Positions 9,661 to 20,771 are shown, numbered from the stretch's first letter. The stretch is DNA of 64,000 nt from Patescibacteria group bacterium (GCA_026416845.1 JAOAEL010000001.1:117940-181939); one strand, 5' to 3'. Made by a program: numbers and translations. Notes: a model not told the origin generated them from the sequence alone.

Positions 9661-11388
9661 CTATTTAACTTTTACAACAGTAAACGCAATTGACCCATCA
9701 AGATTTTTTATCCTACTCACAAGTTCATATCCGCTCCATTTGTCAAAATCAGAAGGTATAGAGATCTCATTTCCAACTATTATTGACCCTTCTTCTGCAT
9801 GTTTAGGCCAACTAAAGTTTTCAAAATAAATACTGTCAATTGATTTAACCAATGAAACGTCATGTCTGTTTTCTTTATATCTTTCTAATTTTCTTGCTTG
9901 TAATTTACGAGGATCGTATTGGCTATAGAATAAATAGTAAATATAAGGTTGAGCATAAGATTGCTGAAATATAATCTTGTTCTCAGATTCAATATAAAGT
10001 TTTAATGATTGAACTACTTGTTTGTAACCAAATTGCCAATGCTTGGCATTATGAATTGGCTGATGGATAAAATACGCGTCAATAAAGTAAATAAAACTAA
10101 CTAAATAAGAAGTGAAAAGAAACCCAAATAAAGAGCTTCTTATCAACCAATTTTTAGATTTGTCCAAAAAATCAACAAAATAAATAAACCCAAAAGCGCA
10201 AATAATTGTCAAGGGTATTAACATATTCAAAGACCTCACTGCATGCACTTGATCGCGAGACAAAACCGCTGGCAATGGGGAAATAATCAACCAAGATACA
10301 ACAAACACGCTAAGTTTTAAACTGTTTATTTTAAATAAAGAATAAAAACCAAGAACAAGAAAAAGAACATCCGCAAAAAGCAAAACTCCATGATTGGGCG
10401 GTAAATGGCGCGGATTTTGCCAATCCCCTTCAAAAAACAAAAATCTCCCCGAGAAATGATTAAACCACCTTCCTAAAATGCCCCTTGCAAAATTCAGAGC
10501 TTCATTATGAAAAAGATAGTACTGCAAATCGCCTTTTTGCTCATTAGCTCTTTGCAAAAACTGATTAATGTATTCTTCAGATCTTGGGTAAGAAAAAACA
10601 CTAAAAACTTCCAATCTTCCAGCTTCGCCTGCCCTAAAACTTAACAAAACAGGAAAAATTACTATAAATGAAACAATAAAAGAAACCAAAAGATAGAAAA
10701 TCTTGCCTCTAAAATCCTTAAGCAACTCCTGATAAAAAACCAAAACAAGAACAAAAAATACAATCAATGAAGATAATTTCGCTCCTTGATATGTAAGCAA
10801 TGTCAAGGCAAACGCAAAAAATGAAAATATTAAACACTTGTAATTTTTTACACCTCTTATAAACATTAATATTCCAAACAACGTAATGGTCAAAGAAACA
10901 TTTGCTTCCCATCCTCCACGAGAAAAGGCGATGTGCCAAGGACTAACAGCCAATAAAAAACTTGCAACCAAAGGCGCAAAATAATAAATCTTAGACAATT
11001 TCTGATTTTTTTCCTGATTTTTAAGATTATCAAAAAATTCTTTTAATATTTTGTAAATCAAAAAAATCGCAAAAATGCCAGCAATAGCGCTAGGCAGACG
11101 CACACTTAACTCAGTCAAGCCAAGAAAAAAAACAAAAGGAATAACAAAATAAACATATAATGCAGGCTTGTAATCTCCAAAAGATTCAATGATTAGTGGC
11201 AAAAATTTTCCATGTTCATCTTTTCCGGTTTTCAAAATTGAATAAGCGTTATAGCCAAGAGCCGCTTCATCGGGGGTAAGCGAAGGAGGATTCGTGCTCA
11301 AATTATAAATTCTTAATAAACTTGCAATGAAAATAACTACAATTAAAACAAGTTTGTCAATTTTCTCAAATGAACAATTAATTTTCAT
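9661..11388 (-). CDS. GT-C ArnT/PMT-like glycosyltransferase, subfamily A copy
   Basis: DEAALGYNAYSILKTGKDE, GDYKP, SPWHIAFSRG; ATG 11388 overlaps the upstream stop. Confidence 0.85.
   Translation of the reverse strand: MKINCSFEKIDKLVLIVVIFIASLLRIYNLSTNPPSLTPDEAALGYNAYSILKTGKDEHGKFLPLIIESFGDYKPALYVYFVIPFVFFLGLTELSVRLPSAIAGIFAIFLIYKILKEFFDNLKNQEKNQKLSKIYYFAPLVASFLLAVSPWHIAFSRGGWEANVSLTITLFGILMFIRGVKNYKCLIFSFFAFALTLLTYQGAKLSSLIVFFVLVLVFYQELLKDFRGKIFYLLVSFIVSFIVIFPVLLSFRAGEAGRLEVFSVFSYPRSEEYINQFLQRANEQKGDLQYYLFHNEALNFARGILGRWFNHFSGRFLFFEGDWQNPRHLPPNHGVLLFADVLFLVLGFYSLFKINSLKLSVFVVSWLIISPLPAVLSRDQVHAVRSLNMLIPLTIICAFGFIYFVDFLDKSKNWLIRSSLFGFLFTSYLVSFIYFIDAYFIHQPIHNAKHWQFGYKQVVQSLKLYIESENKIIFQQSYAQPYIYYLFYSQYDPRKLQARKLERYKENRHDVSLVKSIDSIYFENFSWPKHAEEGSIIVGNEISIPSDFDKWSGYELVSRIKNLDGSIAFTVVKVK
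11240..11271. repeat. 32-bp exact direct repeat, copy 2
   Basis: Identical to 9532-9563. Confidence 0.9.
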
Positions 11389-13087
11389 AAATTTCAAACG
11401 CAACCGAGCCATCTAAAAACTTTATTTGATCAATTTTATTCCAATTCACAGCGCCAATTTCATGAGAACTAAAAAGCAAACATTTAACTAAACTACAGTC
11501 TATTTCTTTCTTGCTTTCAGTTACAAAAATATTTGATTCAATTTTTTCATTTATTTGCCAGTCATTTACAAAAACAAATTTGTCAAAACCATCCACCCAC
11601 CACCAGTTTGATTGAAAAAACCTATTAAGATTTTGATCTTGAATATATTTGGCCGGGTCCCATTTCAAGTAAAACAAAACAAACATATGAGGCTCTCCGT
11701 ACTTTTTAGTAAAAACAATTCGATCGTAGTTGGAATAATTTCGCTTTACATAATCAAGCGCTTGTTTGTACCCATATTGCCAAGCTTGCGAATAACGCAA
11801 AGCATACTGGCTAAAATAATTTCTTAAATATTCTTCGGCAAATGTCCAAAAAGTGAGAATATAAAATACAACAAAAACAACTTTATATTTTTTAAACAAA
11901 ATTAATTTTTCTTTTAGAAAAAAGTAAGAACTGACTAATCCATAAGAAGTTATAATCATAGGCACTGGCAACATGGTAACGCTTCTTAACACATGAGGCG
12001 ATTCTCTGGTCAAGCTAGAAGCAAATGCGCCCGAAATAAGCCAGAATATAATTAAATATTTGTTTTTTAATTTTGAAAAAATCACAAAAACCAAACCTAA
12101 ATAGAAAAATACAATGTTTGCTTTATTTAATAAACCATACCCGGGAACGCTAAATTGATAATGAGATCCTCCGTTTGTAAAAAGATAAGAAACTTCAAAA
12201 TGAGATAGCAAATTCTGTGCGAATCGCCAAACTAAGTAAGTCCCCTTGTTGTACAAAATCCGATCAATAAAATCAGGGTATTCAGAAACTCTCCTTAATT
12301 CATTTATTTCATTTATCGCTCCTTCATCGATAATTGACACTTTCGAATACCTTGCTTGTCCAACTGGAGTAATTAATTGCACAAACATTGGAATAATCAT
12401 AAAAACTAATATTGCAACACTAATAAAAAATTTCGATTTTTCTGTCTTTGAAATATAAATCAAGTTCTTTCTGTAAATTAAAAACATAAATACCAAAATA
12501 GGGGGCACAAAAACCCTAGCTGAGTTATATGTCCAAGTTGACAAAGACAAAAAGAAAAAAGAGAAAGACAAGAATAAAGCATTTTGAAAAGATTTGAAAA
12601 AAAGTAAAATACCCAACACCACAAACGAAAATGCCAAATTAGCTTCAAAAGCTCCTCTGGAAATAAAAAACGTCCATGGCTCGATTGCGACAAAGAAAGT
12701 AGCCAAAATTGCTATAAATTCTTTATTTTTTTTATCCTTGAAAATCTCTTTAGACAAAAAGTAGGTAAATAAAACCGCAAGAGAACCAAACAAAATAGAA
12801 ACAAACCTCACTCCTAATTCATTAAGTCCAAAAACCGCGATTGAAGGCGCTGTAAAATATATATAAACAGGAAGTTTGTAATCTCCATAAGCTCTAAAAA
12901 TCAAAGGCATAAACTCTCCCCACTCGTCTTTAGCAGTTTTTAAAATCGAATAAGCATTATAACCATGCGAGATTTCGTCCCAATTGAGAGAAGGCGGAAT
13001 TTTTTCTATATTCCAAAAACGCAAAACAAAAGCAAAAATGAAAATGAAAAGAATTATTAATTTTGAATTTTTTAATAATTTACTCAT
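11378..13087 (-). CDS. GT-C ArnT/PMT-like glycosyltransferase, subfamily A copy
   Basis: DEISHGYNAYSILKTAKDEWG, GDYKLP, SRGAFEAN. Confidence 0.85.
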   Translation of the reverse strand: MSKLLKNSKLIILFIFIFAFVLRFWNIEKIPPSLNWDEISHGYNAYSILKTAKDEWGEFMPLIFRAYGDYKLPVYIYFTAPSIAVFGLNELGVRFVSILFGSLAVLFTYFLSKEIFKDKKNKEFIAILATFFVAIEPWTFFISRGAFEANLAFSFVVLGILLFFKSFQNALFLSFSFFFLSLSTWTYNSARVFVPPILVFMFLIYRKNLIYISKTEKSKFFISVAILVFMIIPMFVQLITPVGQARYSKVSIIDEGAINEINELRRVSEYPDFIDRILYNKGTYLVWRFAQNLLSHFEVSYLFTNGGSHYQFSVPGYGLLNKANIVFFYLGLVFVIFSKLKNKYLIIFWLISGAFASSLTRESPHVLRSVTMLPVPMIITSYGLVSSYFFLKEKLILFKKYKVVFVVFYILTFWTFAEEYLRNYFSQYALRYSQAWQYGYKQALDYVKRNYSNYDRIVFTKKYGEPHMFVLFYLKWDPAKYIQDQNLNRFFQSNWWWVDGFDKFVFVNDWQINEKIESNIFVTESKKEIDCSLVKCLLFSSHEIGAVNWNKIDQIKFLDGSVAFEIYEN

Positions 13088-14763
13088 AAAGTTCTAACAA
13101 TAAAAAATGCGATCTCGCCTGAGGGATAATTTATAGTTTCATAAGCTAAATTGACATTTGGCAACATTTCTTCAGGTAAAACAACCAAAATTTCCCCGTT
13201 TGACAATTCATTAAAATCAGAACTTTCTATTGCTTGAAAAGTGTATTTGCCAAGAGAGTATTTGTACATCTGATCCAAAAAAGTTAAGCCCTCTTCACGA
13301 TATCTAACCCAATCTTTAGCATTTTTTTGATATATCAAGGGATCGATTTTATTAACAAAAGCAAGATAAATATGAGGTTCAGATAATCTCCTACTAATTA
13401 CTACTTTATTAGCTGATATGCTTGAATTAAGATATTCAAATAATTCAATTCTCCCATATAACATAGCTTTTGCAACCAAATCATTTTGATTGCCCAAATA
13501 AGTCTGAATTGATAAACCCAACTGGTAAAAAACAAATAAAATTAAAATAAAAACAGAAAGATTAACTGCATATCTCAAATTATTAATTTTTTTAATCAAA
13601 GAAACAAAATAAGCAAATCCTAAAGCAGACGCTACATGAATGAAAGGCAACATTGTCGCCGCTCTGTTTGCCGCGTATCCAACTCCCATGGTCAACGCCG
13701 CTGGCAAAACAGCTATCAATAAAAAAATCAAAATAAAAATCAGCATTTTATTTTTTGACAAAATAGCAAAAAAAACAAAAAAAATTAAAGCAACCACTTC
13801 AATAAAATAAACAACTCCAATGCCTGGCACCATGCCATAAGTAGCTTCCCCCGGTCCTCTTGTAACCAAAAATTCTTTTGAAAAATATTTGATATAATTA
13901 TCTTTGAATCTACGCGCGACAACCAAGTATTTGTTGTTTGTAATTTTAGCCAAAGTAGGGTCTAATCCACTTTGTATAGCTTTGAGTCTTGCTTCGGCTT
14001 GCGCTTCCAAAGCTCCTCTAAAAATGCTTACATCCTGAGCTCTCTTTAATCCACCTTGGAAAAAAGTTGAAACAACCACTAAAAAAAATATCGCAAAAAC
14101 TGCCAACGAAACTATCAAATATTTAAGATTAACTTTTATAAGCTTTTTTAAAAAAAACATCACTAAAATTCCAACCACAATTGGTGTAACAAATCTAGCC
14201 GCATGATAAGTAAATAAATTAAGCCCAAAAACAAAAGCGCTCAATAACAAAAATTTATAATTTTCCAAACCCTTAAGAAACAAAAGTATTCCAAGAGGCA
14301 TAAAAAACGAAGTTAAATTTGCCTCAAAAGCGCCTCTTGATAGTTGAACGTGCCAAGGGGAAACAGCAAGTAAAAAAGAAGCTAAAAGTTCCACCTTAAA
14401 TTTATCTAAATTATGAGATTTCAAATAATTCATCCTAATATGTTTAATCAAAAAGTAAGTTACAAGAACCGCAAAAACTGAAAGCAAAGCATTAGGCAAT
14501 CTCACAACCCAAACCTCAAGACCAAAAAAAGCAACAAAAGGCACAAGCAAATATGCATAAAGTGGCGCTTTAAAATCTCCAAATGACTCCAAAACCAAAG
14601 GCAAAAATCTTCCCCACTGATCGCGCCCTGTGTGAAGTATTGAATATGCATCATAACCAAAAGAAGCTTCATCCGGAGTAAATCCATTTGGATATTGATG
14701 AATAAACAGAACTCGAAGCAAAACTGCCAATGACAAAATGGCTAACAAAATATATTTATCCAT
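13084..14763 (-). CDS. GT-C ArnT/PMT-like glycosyltransferase, subfamily A copy
   Basis: DEASFGYDAYSILHTGRDQWG, GDFKAP, SPWHVQLSRGAFEAN. Confidence 0.85.
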   Translation of the reverse strand: MDKYILLAILSLAVLLRVLFIHQYPNGFTPDEASFGYDAYSILHTGRDQWGRFLPLVLESFGDFKAPLYAYLLVPFVAFFGLEVWVVRLPNALLSVFAVLVTYFLIKHIRMNYLKSHNLDKFKVELLASFLLAVSPWHVQLSRGAFEANLTSFFMPLGILLFLKGLENYKFLLLSAFVFGLNLFTYHAARFVTPIVVGILVMFFLKKLIKVNLKYLIVSLAVFAIFFLVVVSTFFQGGLKRAQDVSIFRGALEAQAEARLKAIQSGLDPTLAKITNNKYLVVARRFKDNYIKYFSKEFLVTRGPGEATYGMVPGIGVVYFIEVVALIFFVFFAILSKNKMLIFILIFLLIAVLPAALTMGVGYAANRAATMLPFIHVASALGFAYFVSLIKKINNLRYAVNLSVFILILFVFYQLGLSIQTYLGNQNDLVAKAMLYGRIELFEYLNSSISANKVVISRRLSEPHIYLAFVNKIDPLIYQKNAKDWVRYREEGLTFLDQMYKYSLGKYTFQAIESSDFNELSNGEILVVLPEEMLPNVNLAYETINYPSGEIAFFIVRTL

Positions 14764-14770
14764 ATCTCAA

Positions 14771-16021
14771 TTATACCTTCTGCTTGGTAACCGATTTAAA
14801 AACAAAAACATACAAAAGAATATTCGCAAAACTTAAAATTAACTTGAAATGATAATTGCTAAGAACATTTTCCAAAAAAGGCAGTGAGGGCGACCAAAAC
14901 AAGTGATATAAATTCAAAAGATGAACAGCGGAAACCAAAAAATATAAAATCCAAATTTTAGGAATAAACGCCAATAAAAGGGTGGCATAAGGAAAAAATG
15001 GATAAAGATACCTTTCGTGAATTCTTGTCATGAACAAAAAAACGGTAAATGAAATTACCGCAAGAGCTGAAAATAATTTTTTATCTGAAAAGTCATTTTT
15101 TAATTTGTACATAAAATAAATTACTGCCCAAACAGGAATGACAAATCCCCAAATTCGCGCAGGCAAGCCGAAATAAGTTATAGAATCGAGTGTTTCCCCT
15201 GAATCAACTATCCACCAAAAATTAAAGGCGTTCGCGCTTAGATAACCTATTTCTCCCGGAATAAAACGCTGAGTGTAAATTCGCAAAAACCAGATGAAAA
15301 CATCAATCTTAGGATAAAACCAAACACAAGTTAGCAATACAACAAAAGCGCATACAAATAACGCTCTAAGCCAGTAGAATATTTTGTGCTTTTGAAAGAT
15401 CGCAACAATAAACAACACAGGAGCAAAATATAAAAGCGAACCTTTAAAAAGAACTGACAGGGTATAAAACAAAAACGCAATTGTTATTCTTTTTTGCAAT
15501 AAAGTAAATACCGATAAAATACCCAACAAATTGACAACAGAATCGGTCTGCCCCCACACCGAAGAGTTATACCAGATTACAGGATTTAATAACCAAACAA
15601 AACAAATTAATAAAGCTTTTCTTCGGCTAAAATTTTTAAAAATTAAATACTTATAAATAATTGCTCCAATTGCAATGTCCGCAATTATAGAGGGAAGTTT
15701 CATAAGTAAAACCATACCTTTGTCTTCCCAAAACCAAATAATAGTGGATGGAAAAAAACCAAAAGAATTGTTTAAATACCAAAAAGTATCTTTAAAAAAA
15801 TTCCATAAGAAAACCAAACCTCCAAGCATTAAAATAGTTAGAGGTGGCTGATTGGGGGCAGAGTATTGCCAACTATCTCTTTCGTAGAAATTCAAAATTC
15901 CGTTTTCATAAACTTCTATACCCCATGAAATTTGATTATTGAGATCACCATGGTATCCAATAAAAACAAATGATAACCTTAATATAAGAGAGAATAAAAA
16001 TATGACATGTAAAGGCTTCAT
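14771..16021 (-). CDS. GT-C glycosyltransferase (ALG6/GT87/GPI-mannosyltransferase-like)
   Basis: YHGDL, NQPP, KLPSIIAD, SSVWGQTDS, NAFNFW, FMTRIHERY motifs. Confidence 0.75.
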   Translation of the reverse strand: MKPLHVIFLFSLILRLSFVFIGYHGDLNNQISWGIEVYENGILNFYERDSWQYSAPNQPPLTILMLGGLVFLWNFFKDTFWYLNNSFGFFPSTIIWFWEDKGMVLLMKLPSIIADIAIGAIIYKYLIFKNFSRRKALLICFVWLLNPVIWYNSSVWGQTDSVVNLLGILSVFTLLQKRITIAFLFYTLSVLFKGSLLYFAPVLFIVAIFQKHKIFYWLRALFVCAFVVLLTCVWFYPKIDVFIWFLRIYTQRFIPGEIGYLSANAFNFWWIVDSGETLDSITYFGLPARIWGFVIPVWAVIYFMYKLKNDFSDKKLFSALAVISFTVFLFMTRIHERYLYPFFPYATLLLAFIPKIWILYFLVSAVHLLNLYHLFWSPSLPFLENVLSNYHFKLILSFANILLYVFVFKSVTKQKV

Positions 16022-16129
16022 GTAAAAACTTTGATTAAAAAAACTATTAATTTATTTTGTCTCCGACAATAAAATAGTTAAAATTCGCATATATAAAAAT
16101 TTGACAATATTTTTCTTTAATCTCAAACC

Positions 16130-17359
16130 TTATTTGTTAAATCGAATTAAAAACTTAAAAACCAAAAAATAGTTTATTATGTTTAAAATAGACAAAGCAA
16201 AAACCATCATGTTGACCCAAGAGTTATTGGCATACGAAGCAAATTTATATGAATAAATCAAATTAACAAAATAAATCAGAAATAAAATATAAACACTAAA
16301 TCTTTTTAGTCCTTTAATAAAAGGTGTTGCCAAAAGAAGCAACACAAAACCATAGTAAGGATGTCTCTCATGCATTCTAGTCATAAACATTGGCAAAGCC
16401 AAAAAGATTATAGATCCATAAAAAATTAACATTCTATGCGCATCGAATATCCCAATATTGTTTTTAAACAAGAGGATATATCTAATGAATGCAAATGAAT
16501 ATACAAAAATAAAAAGTAGCAAGCCAATATTGTGATATGTCATACCCCAAATCTGCTCTTTATCTGAGACATAATTGAAACCGCCATGAAAGACATTTGT
16601 AATCACAAGCCAAAAATTAAACATGTTTAAAGTTGTATATTGCCAAAAATTAGCTGTATACAAGTTTCTCTCAATCACAAAATCAATAAAGTTCCCCTTC
16701 GCAAACGGCACAAAAGTAAGCAAAAACATTAATGCGAATGTCAAAAGAAAAACAAAAACTTTATTAAATCCATACCTTCGCAGTAAATAGTAAGCGAAAA
16801 AAGGCAAGATCAAGATAATTACTGGTTTTATTGATTGTCCCAAACCCAAAAAAATTCCTGAAAGCAAATATTTTTTACACAAAAACAAATAAATTGCACT
16901 AATCAAAAAGAAAGCAACTATGCTGTCAACTTGCCCCCAAATTACAGAATTCATCAAAAATCCGGGATAAAACGCATAAAAAGCTGAAACCATAAAAGCT
17001 TTTGCTCTATCAACCAATTTGCTTGAGATTAAATATATCAAAACACTGTTTGCTATATCGGTAAAAAACGATGGCAATTTATAAACAAACTCCAAATCAA
17101 TATAAAAAAGTTTGGTGTTAATAAAATAGTACAACTTGCCAATAAACCAAAGCGCATACAAGTAACCGGGAAGATAATCAGAATTCTCAATATCGTAAAA
17201 ATAACTCCACTTGTGCCTTATTAAAGACAAAGACCATTCACTAAATGTAAATATATCGGGATGAGAGTTGGAAAAAAATAGAAAGGGAATTCTAATCACA
17301 AAAGAAATTATAAAGACAAAAAAGATGCATGTTTTATCAGTTGTTAAAAACCTATTCAT
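16130..17359 (-). CDS. GT-C glycosyltransferase (ALG6/GT87-like), paralog of 14771-16021
   Basis: HPDI, DYLPG, KLPSFFTD, SVIWGQVDS, NMFNFW, FMTRMHER. Confidence 0.75.
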   Translation of the reverse strand: MNRFLTTDKTCIFFVFIISFVIRIPFLFFSNSHPDIFTFSEWSLSLIRHKWSYFYDIENSDYLPGYLYALWFIGKLYYFINTKLFYIDLEFVYKLPSFFTDIANSVLIYLISSKLVDRAKAFMVSAFYAFYPGFLMNSVIWGQVDSIVAFFLISAIYLFLCKKYLLSGIFLGLGQSIKPVIILILPFFAYYLLRRYGFNKVFVFLLTFALMFLLTFVPFAKGNFIDFVIERNLYTANFWQYTTLNMFNFWLVITNVFHGGFNYVSDKEQIWGMTYHNIGLLLFIFVYSFAFIRYILLFKNNIGIFDAHRMLIFYGSIIFLALPMFMTRMHERHPYYGFVLLLLATPFIKGLKRFSVYILFLIYFVNLIYSYKFASYANNSWVNMMVFALSILNIINYFLVFKFLIRFNK

Positions 17360-19068
17360 TCTTTCGCAAACAAATAAAAAGCGGGTTCTCCTGATGGATA
17401 AGCTATTGCGTCAAGCAAAACAAGATCACCAGGAGTCCTTTCTGGTTCTTGTATTAAATTCACTTTTACTTCTTTTTCTGTTGCCAAATAAATGCTTTTA
17501 GATGGCAACACTTTCCCCCAATCATAAAGACCGGCATTTTGAGGACTTCCAAAATAGTATCTGTCAATAAAACCAACTTCACCAAATCCAGTTATATCAG
17601 CTTTTTTAAATGGATAACCTTTATGCCACCAGAAAGGATCATAAGGATACAAAGCGGCAAAAAATATCCAAGCAGGTTCACCATACATGCTAATAATTAT
17701 CTTGTCATAATTTTTTTCATAGTTTTTAAGTGAAGTAATAGCTTCTCTAAAACCATAATGCCACCACCTCTCTGAATCATATTTGTTATGTACCCAATAA
17801 TAATGACTGTAAAAAATAAAATTTGCCAAAAAAATTACAAAATAAGAACCAGTTAAAAAAATCTTTAATTTGAAATTCTGAATTGAAAACAGATAGTAAA
17901 TACCAAATGAAATTAGAAACACCAAAGGAACTAAAATAGTAATAAGACGAGTGGCATGATTCCCTCCATCACGAGTAAGCGAAGCTGGCAAAGCGCCAAA
18001 AATTAGCATAAAAACAATAAAATATTTATGCCTCTTAGTAATATTTTTAGAAGCAAAGAAAAACACAATACCAAAAATCAACAAAATAAAATCTACTTGA
18101 TAAAACTGACCCATTTGTTTTATAGAATGCCTCAAATTGGGATCGCCAGATATAAAAAGAAATTCTGTAGAGAATGACTTTAATAAATTATCAAAAATCA
18201 AAGAAATCCATAAAAAAAACTTATTATGATAAAACTTATCAGCAAAAGAAGGTTGCAATCCTTCTACCAATTCATTTCTGTCGTAAGCATCCAACATTCT
18301 AGCGGTACCAATTTCTGACTCTTTTGTCGGGTCTGTGAAAATACTTATGTAAGAAAATCTCTGTGTTCCACCACCAAAAAATGTTGAATAAAATGTTGGC
18401 AAACCTAAAAATATCAGGAAAATTAACGCGCTGAAAATTTCTTTTTTTGAAAATTTAAAAATTTCCCTAAACCAGAATAAAAAGAGAAAAAACATAAGAA
18501 AAGGAGTAAAAAATTTAGCAGTGCTGTAAATGAGAGGAGTTAAAGTAAGCAAAGAAACAGAAAGCCAAAAAAATTTGCCACCATTTCTGACCGAATAAAA
18601 GAAAAAATACAATCCAAAAACAAGAAAAAAAAGCAACATTGTAACTTCAAAACCAGCTCGTGAGTACTGAATATGCCATGGAGACAAGGCAAGAACAAAA
18701 GCGACAATCAAACCAAAATAATCTTTGTTAAATACTTGTTTTGCGAGAAGATAAATCCCTAAAATAGTTAGAATCCCAAAAATTGCGGCTGGCAATCTCA
18801 CTCCATAAGGGCTAATTCCAAATATAGCCACTGTTGGAACTGATGCATACAAATAAAGAGGCGTCCTCCATTCTGCCAGAGACTGAAAATGAAGTGGCAT
18901 AAAATTTCCTGAGTAATCTTTGCCTGTTTTCAAGATCGAATAAGCGTGATACCCCACATCCAATTCATCTCCAAACATAGAAACAGGCACTTCATCTAAT
19001 TTCCAAAGTCTTAAAAATGAAGCAATAAACAAAATAAAAAACAAAAATATTTTTTTCCTATTAAACAT
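17356..19068 (-). CDS. GT-C ArnT/PMT-like glycosyltransferase, subfamily A copy
   Basis: DELDVGYHAYSILKTGKDYSG, GVRLP, SPWHIQYSRAGFE. Confidence 0.85.
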   Translation of the reverse strand: MFNRKKIFLFFILFIASFLRLWKLDEVPVSMFGDELDVGYHAYSILKTGKDYSGNFMPLHFQSLAEWRTPLYLYASVPTVAIFGISPYGVRLPAAIFGILTILGIYLLAKQVFNKDYFGLIVAFVLALSPWHIQYSRAGFEVTMLLFFLVFGLYFFFYSVRNGGKFFWLSVSLLTLTPLIYSTAKFFTPFLMFFLFLFWFREIFKFSKKEIFSALIFLIFLGLPTFYSTFFGGGTQRFSYISIFTDPTKESEIGTARMLDAYDRNELVEGLQPSFADKFYHNKFFLWISLIFDNLLKSFSTEFLFISGDPNLRHSIKQMGQFYQVDFILLIFGIVFFFASKNITKRHKYFIVFMLIFGALPASLTRDGGNHATRLITILVPLVFLISFGIYYLFSIQNFKLKIFLTGSYFVIFLANFIFYSHYYWVHNKYDSERWWHYGFREAITSLKNYEKNYDKIIISMYGEPAWIFFAALYPYDPFWWHKGYPFKKADITGFGEVGFIDRYYFGSPQNAGLYDWGKVLPSKSIYLATEKEVKVNLIQEPERTPGDLVLLDAIAYPSGEPAFYLFAKE

Positions 19069-19867
19069 TGTAAATTTTTTTAACCAGCTGATTGGTTTTC
19101 ATGACAAACCAAATAAGATAATGCTTTAAAGCGCCATGATAAATTTTACTGGATGGAACAAGTCTTCTCCATTGATTATAACCATAACCGCTTTTGCCTA
19201 GATGATGAACAACTTTGACATATGGCAAGTAATATATAGATAAACCAAAATTTCTAATCTTTCTACAATAATCAAGATCCTCAAAATACATAAAATATTT
19301 TTCATTCAAAAATGGCGCATATCTTCTGGCAATAGGAGTAATAAGAAAAGCGGCCATAACAGCACTCTCAATTTCAACAGGAGCCTTGCCTTTGGGAACA
19401 TATTGCCCATAATTTCCTTTCATGTTAAACCAATATTCTAAAATGGCACCACTTAATGTTGGTAATTTGAACACAGACTTTTGAACTGAACCATCTGAAT
19501 TTAAAAGGCGCGGAACCACAACTCCAACATTAGGATGAAAATCGGCAAAATCAATCAAGCGATCAATGACATAATCGCTAATTTCAGCATCAGAATTAAG
19601 CAAAAATAAATACTTTCCCTTTGCTATTTTTATACCTTGATTATTAGCTTTTGCAAAACCCAAATTTTTATTATTTTTTATCAGTTTCAACTTACTTCCA
19701 AATTTTTGCAAGCTTTGGCAAGTGCCATCGCAAGAAGCGTTGTCAACAACTATTACCTCAATCTTCTTTTTAGTCTTTGAACGAAAAACTGATTTAACAC
19801 ACGACAAAGTGTAATTTTTGGTATTGTAACTTACAACAATAACAGAAACATCTATCTCTTTATCCAT
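19061..19867 (-). CDS. GT2 glycosyltransferase (WbbL/rhamnosyltransferase-like)
   Basis: VVDNAS, NLGFAKANNQG, LLNSD, YFMYFEDLDYC. Confidence 0.85.
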   Translation of the reverse strand: MDKEIDVSVIVVSYNTKNYTLSCVKSVFRSKTKKKIEVIVVDNASCDGTCQSLQKFGSKLKLIKNNKNLGFAKANNQGIKIAKGKYLFLLNSDAEISDYVIDRLIDFADFHPNVGVVVPRLLNSDGSVQKSVFKLPTLSGAILEYWFNMKGNYGQYVPKGKAPVEIESAVMAAFLITPIARRYAPFLNEKYFMYFEDLDYCRKIRNFGLSIYYLPYVKVVHHLGKSGYGYNQWRRLVPSSKIYHGALKHYLIWFVMKTNQLVKKIYNV

Positions 19868-19874
19868 ACTTTAA

Positions 19875-20771
19875 TCAACTAAACATTGCCAAAACTGCCT
19901 CATCTGATAACTTAATGTGTTTTTTTTCTTTTCTTCTAAAACTCGCAATTAAACCAATTTTTGTAAGCGCCATAATAACTACAACAATATATCCTGGATG
20001 CAACAAAGACCTATTGATTAAACCAAAAATATGCTTTTTCATCAGACTTTTCGAAGTAATATTCTTCCACATAAAAATAAGATGATTCCTTTCTTGAATC
20101 CTCATTTTAAATTTTTTATCAATGGCTCTTGTTGTGCCTTCGTGAATATGTGAAACAATAGCTTTTGGTTCCCACAAACATTTATAACCTCTCTTCCAAG
20201 CGCGATAGCTCAAATCAACATCTTCCCAGTAAAAAGGACTAAACAGATTAGCATCCATACCTGAAAGTTTTAGATAATAACTTCTTCTAAAAACACCAGA
20301 ACCTCCGCTAACCCACATAGTTTTTGTGGTTTCTTTCAATTCATCCAAACCTTTGTGAACAAAATAACCATTTTCAAAACTCCCAATAGCAGGCCCGTAA
20401 CCTCTTTCATGAAAAGATACACCAAAAACGGAAATATCTTCAAAATGTTTCAAGGTTGGAAATACAAAATTTTCGCTCACACTAACATCATTGTTAAGCA
20501 AGACAACCAGACTGCAACGTGAATTTTTAACTCCAGTATTAACAGCAAAAGAAAAACCGCGATTCTTTGAATGACGAAAAATTTTCACTTGCGGATATTT
20601 TTCTTTAATGTATGCGACACTATCATCAGTTGAACAGTCATCTACAACAATTATCTCCTTAATCATATTTAAATTATTTTTGCTAGCTTTTATCACTGAA
20701 GGCAAATGCTTTTTTAACAAATGCTTACCATTATAGTTAGGGATAATAACTGATACCGAGTTTTTATTCAT
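19875..20771 (-). CDS. GT2 glycosyltransferase (WbbL-like)
   Basis: IPNYNG, VVDDCSTD, LLNND, PFYWEDVDLSYRAW. Confidence 0.85.
   Translation of the reverse strand: MNKNSVSVIIPNYNGKHLLKKHLPSVIKASKNNLNMIKEIIVVDDCSTDDSVAYIKEKYPQVKIFRHSKNRGFSFAVNTGVKNSRCSLVVLLNNDVSVSENFVFPTLKHFEDISVFGVSFHERGYGPAIGSFENGYFVHKGLDELKETTKTMWVSGGSGVFRRSYYLKLSGMDANLFSPFYWEDVDLSYRAWKRGYKCLWEPKAIVSHIHEGTTRAIDKKFKMRIQERNHLIFMWKNITSKSLMKKHIFGLINRSLLHPGYIVVVIMALTKIGLIASFRRKEKKHIKLSDEAVLAMFS

Noticed and set aside
16042-16080. Imperfect AT-rich inverted repeat between the two ALG6-like genes
   Set aside because: Weak, bulged pairing; not distinguishable from background.
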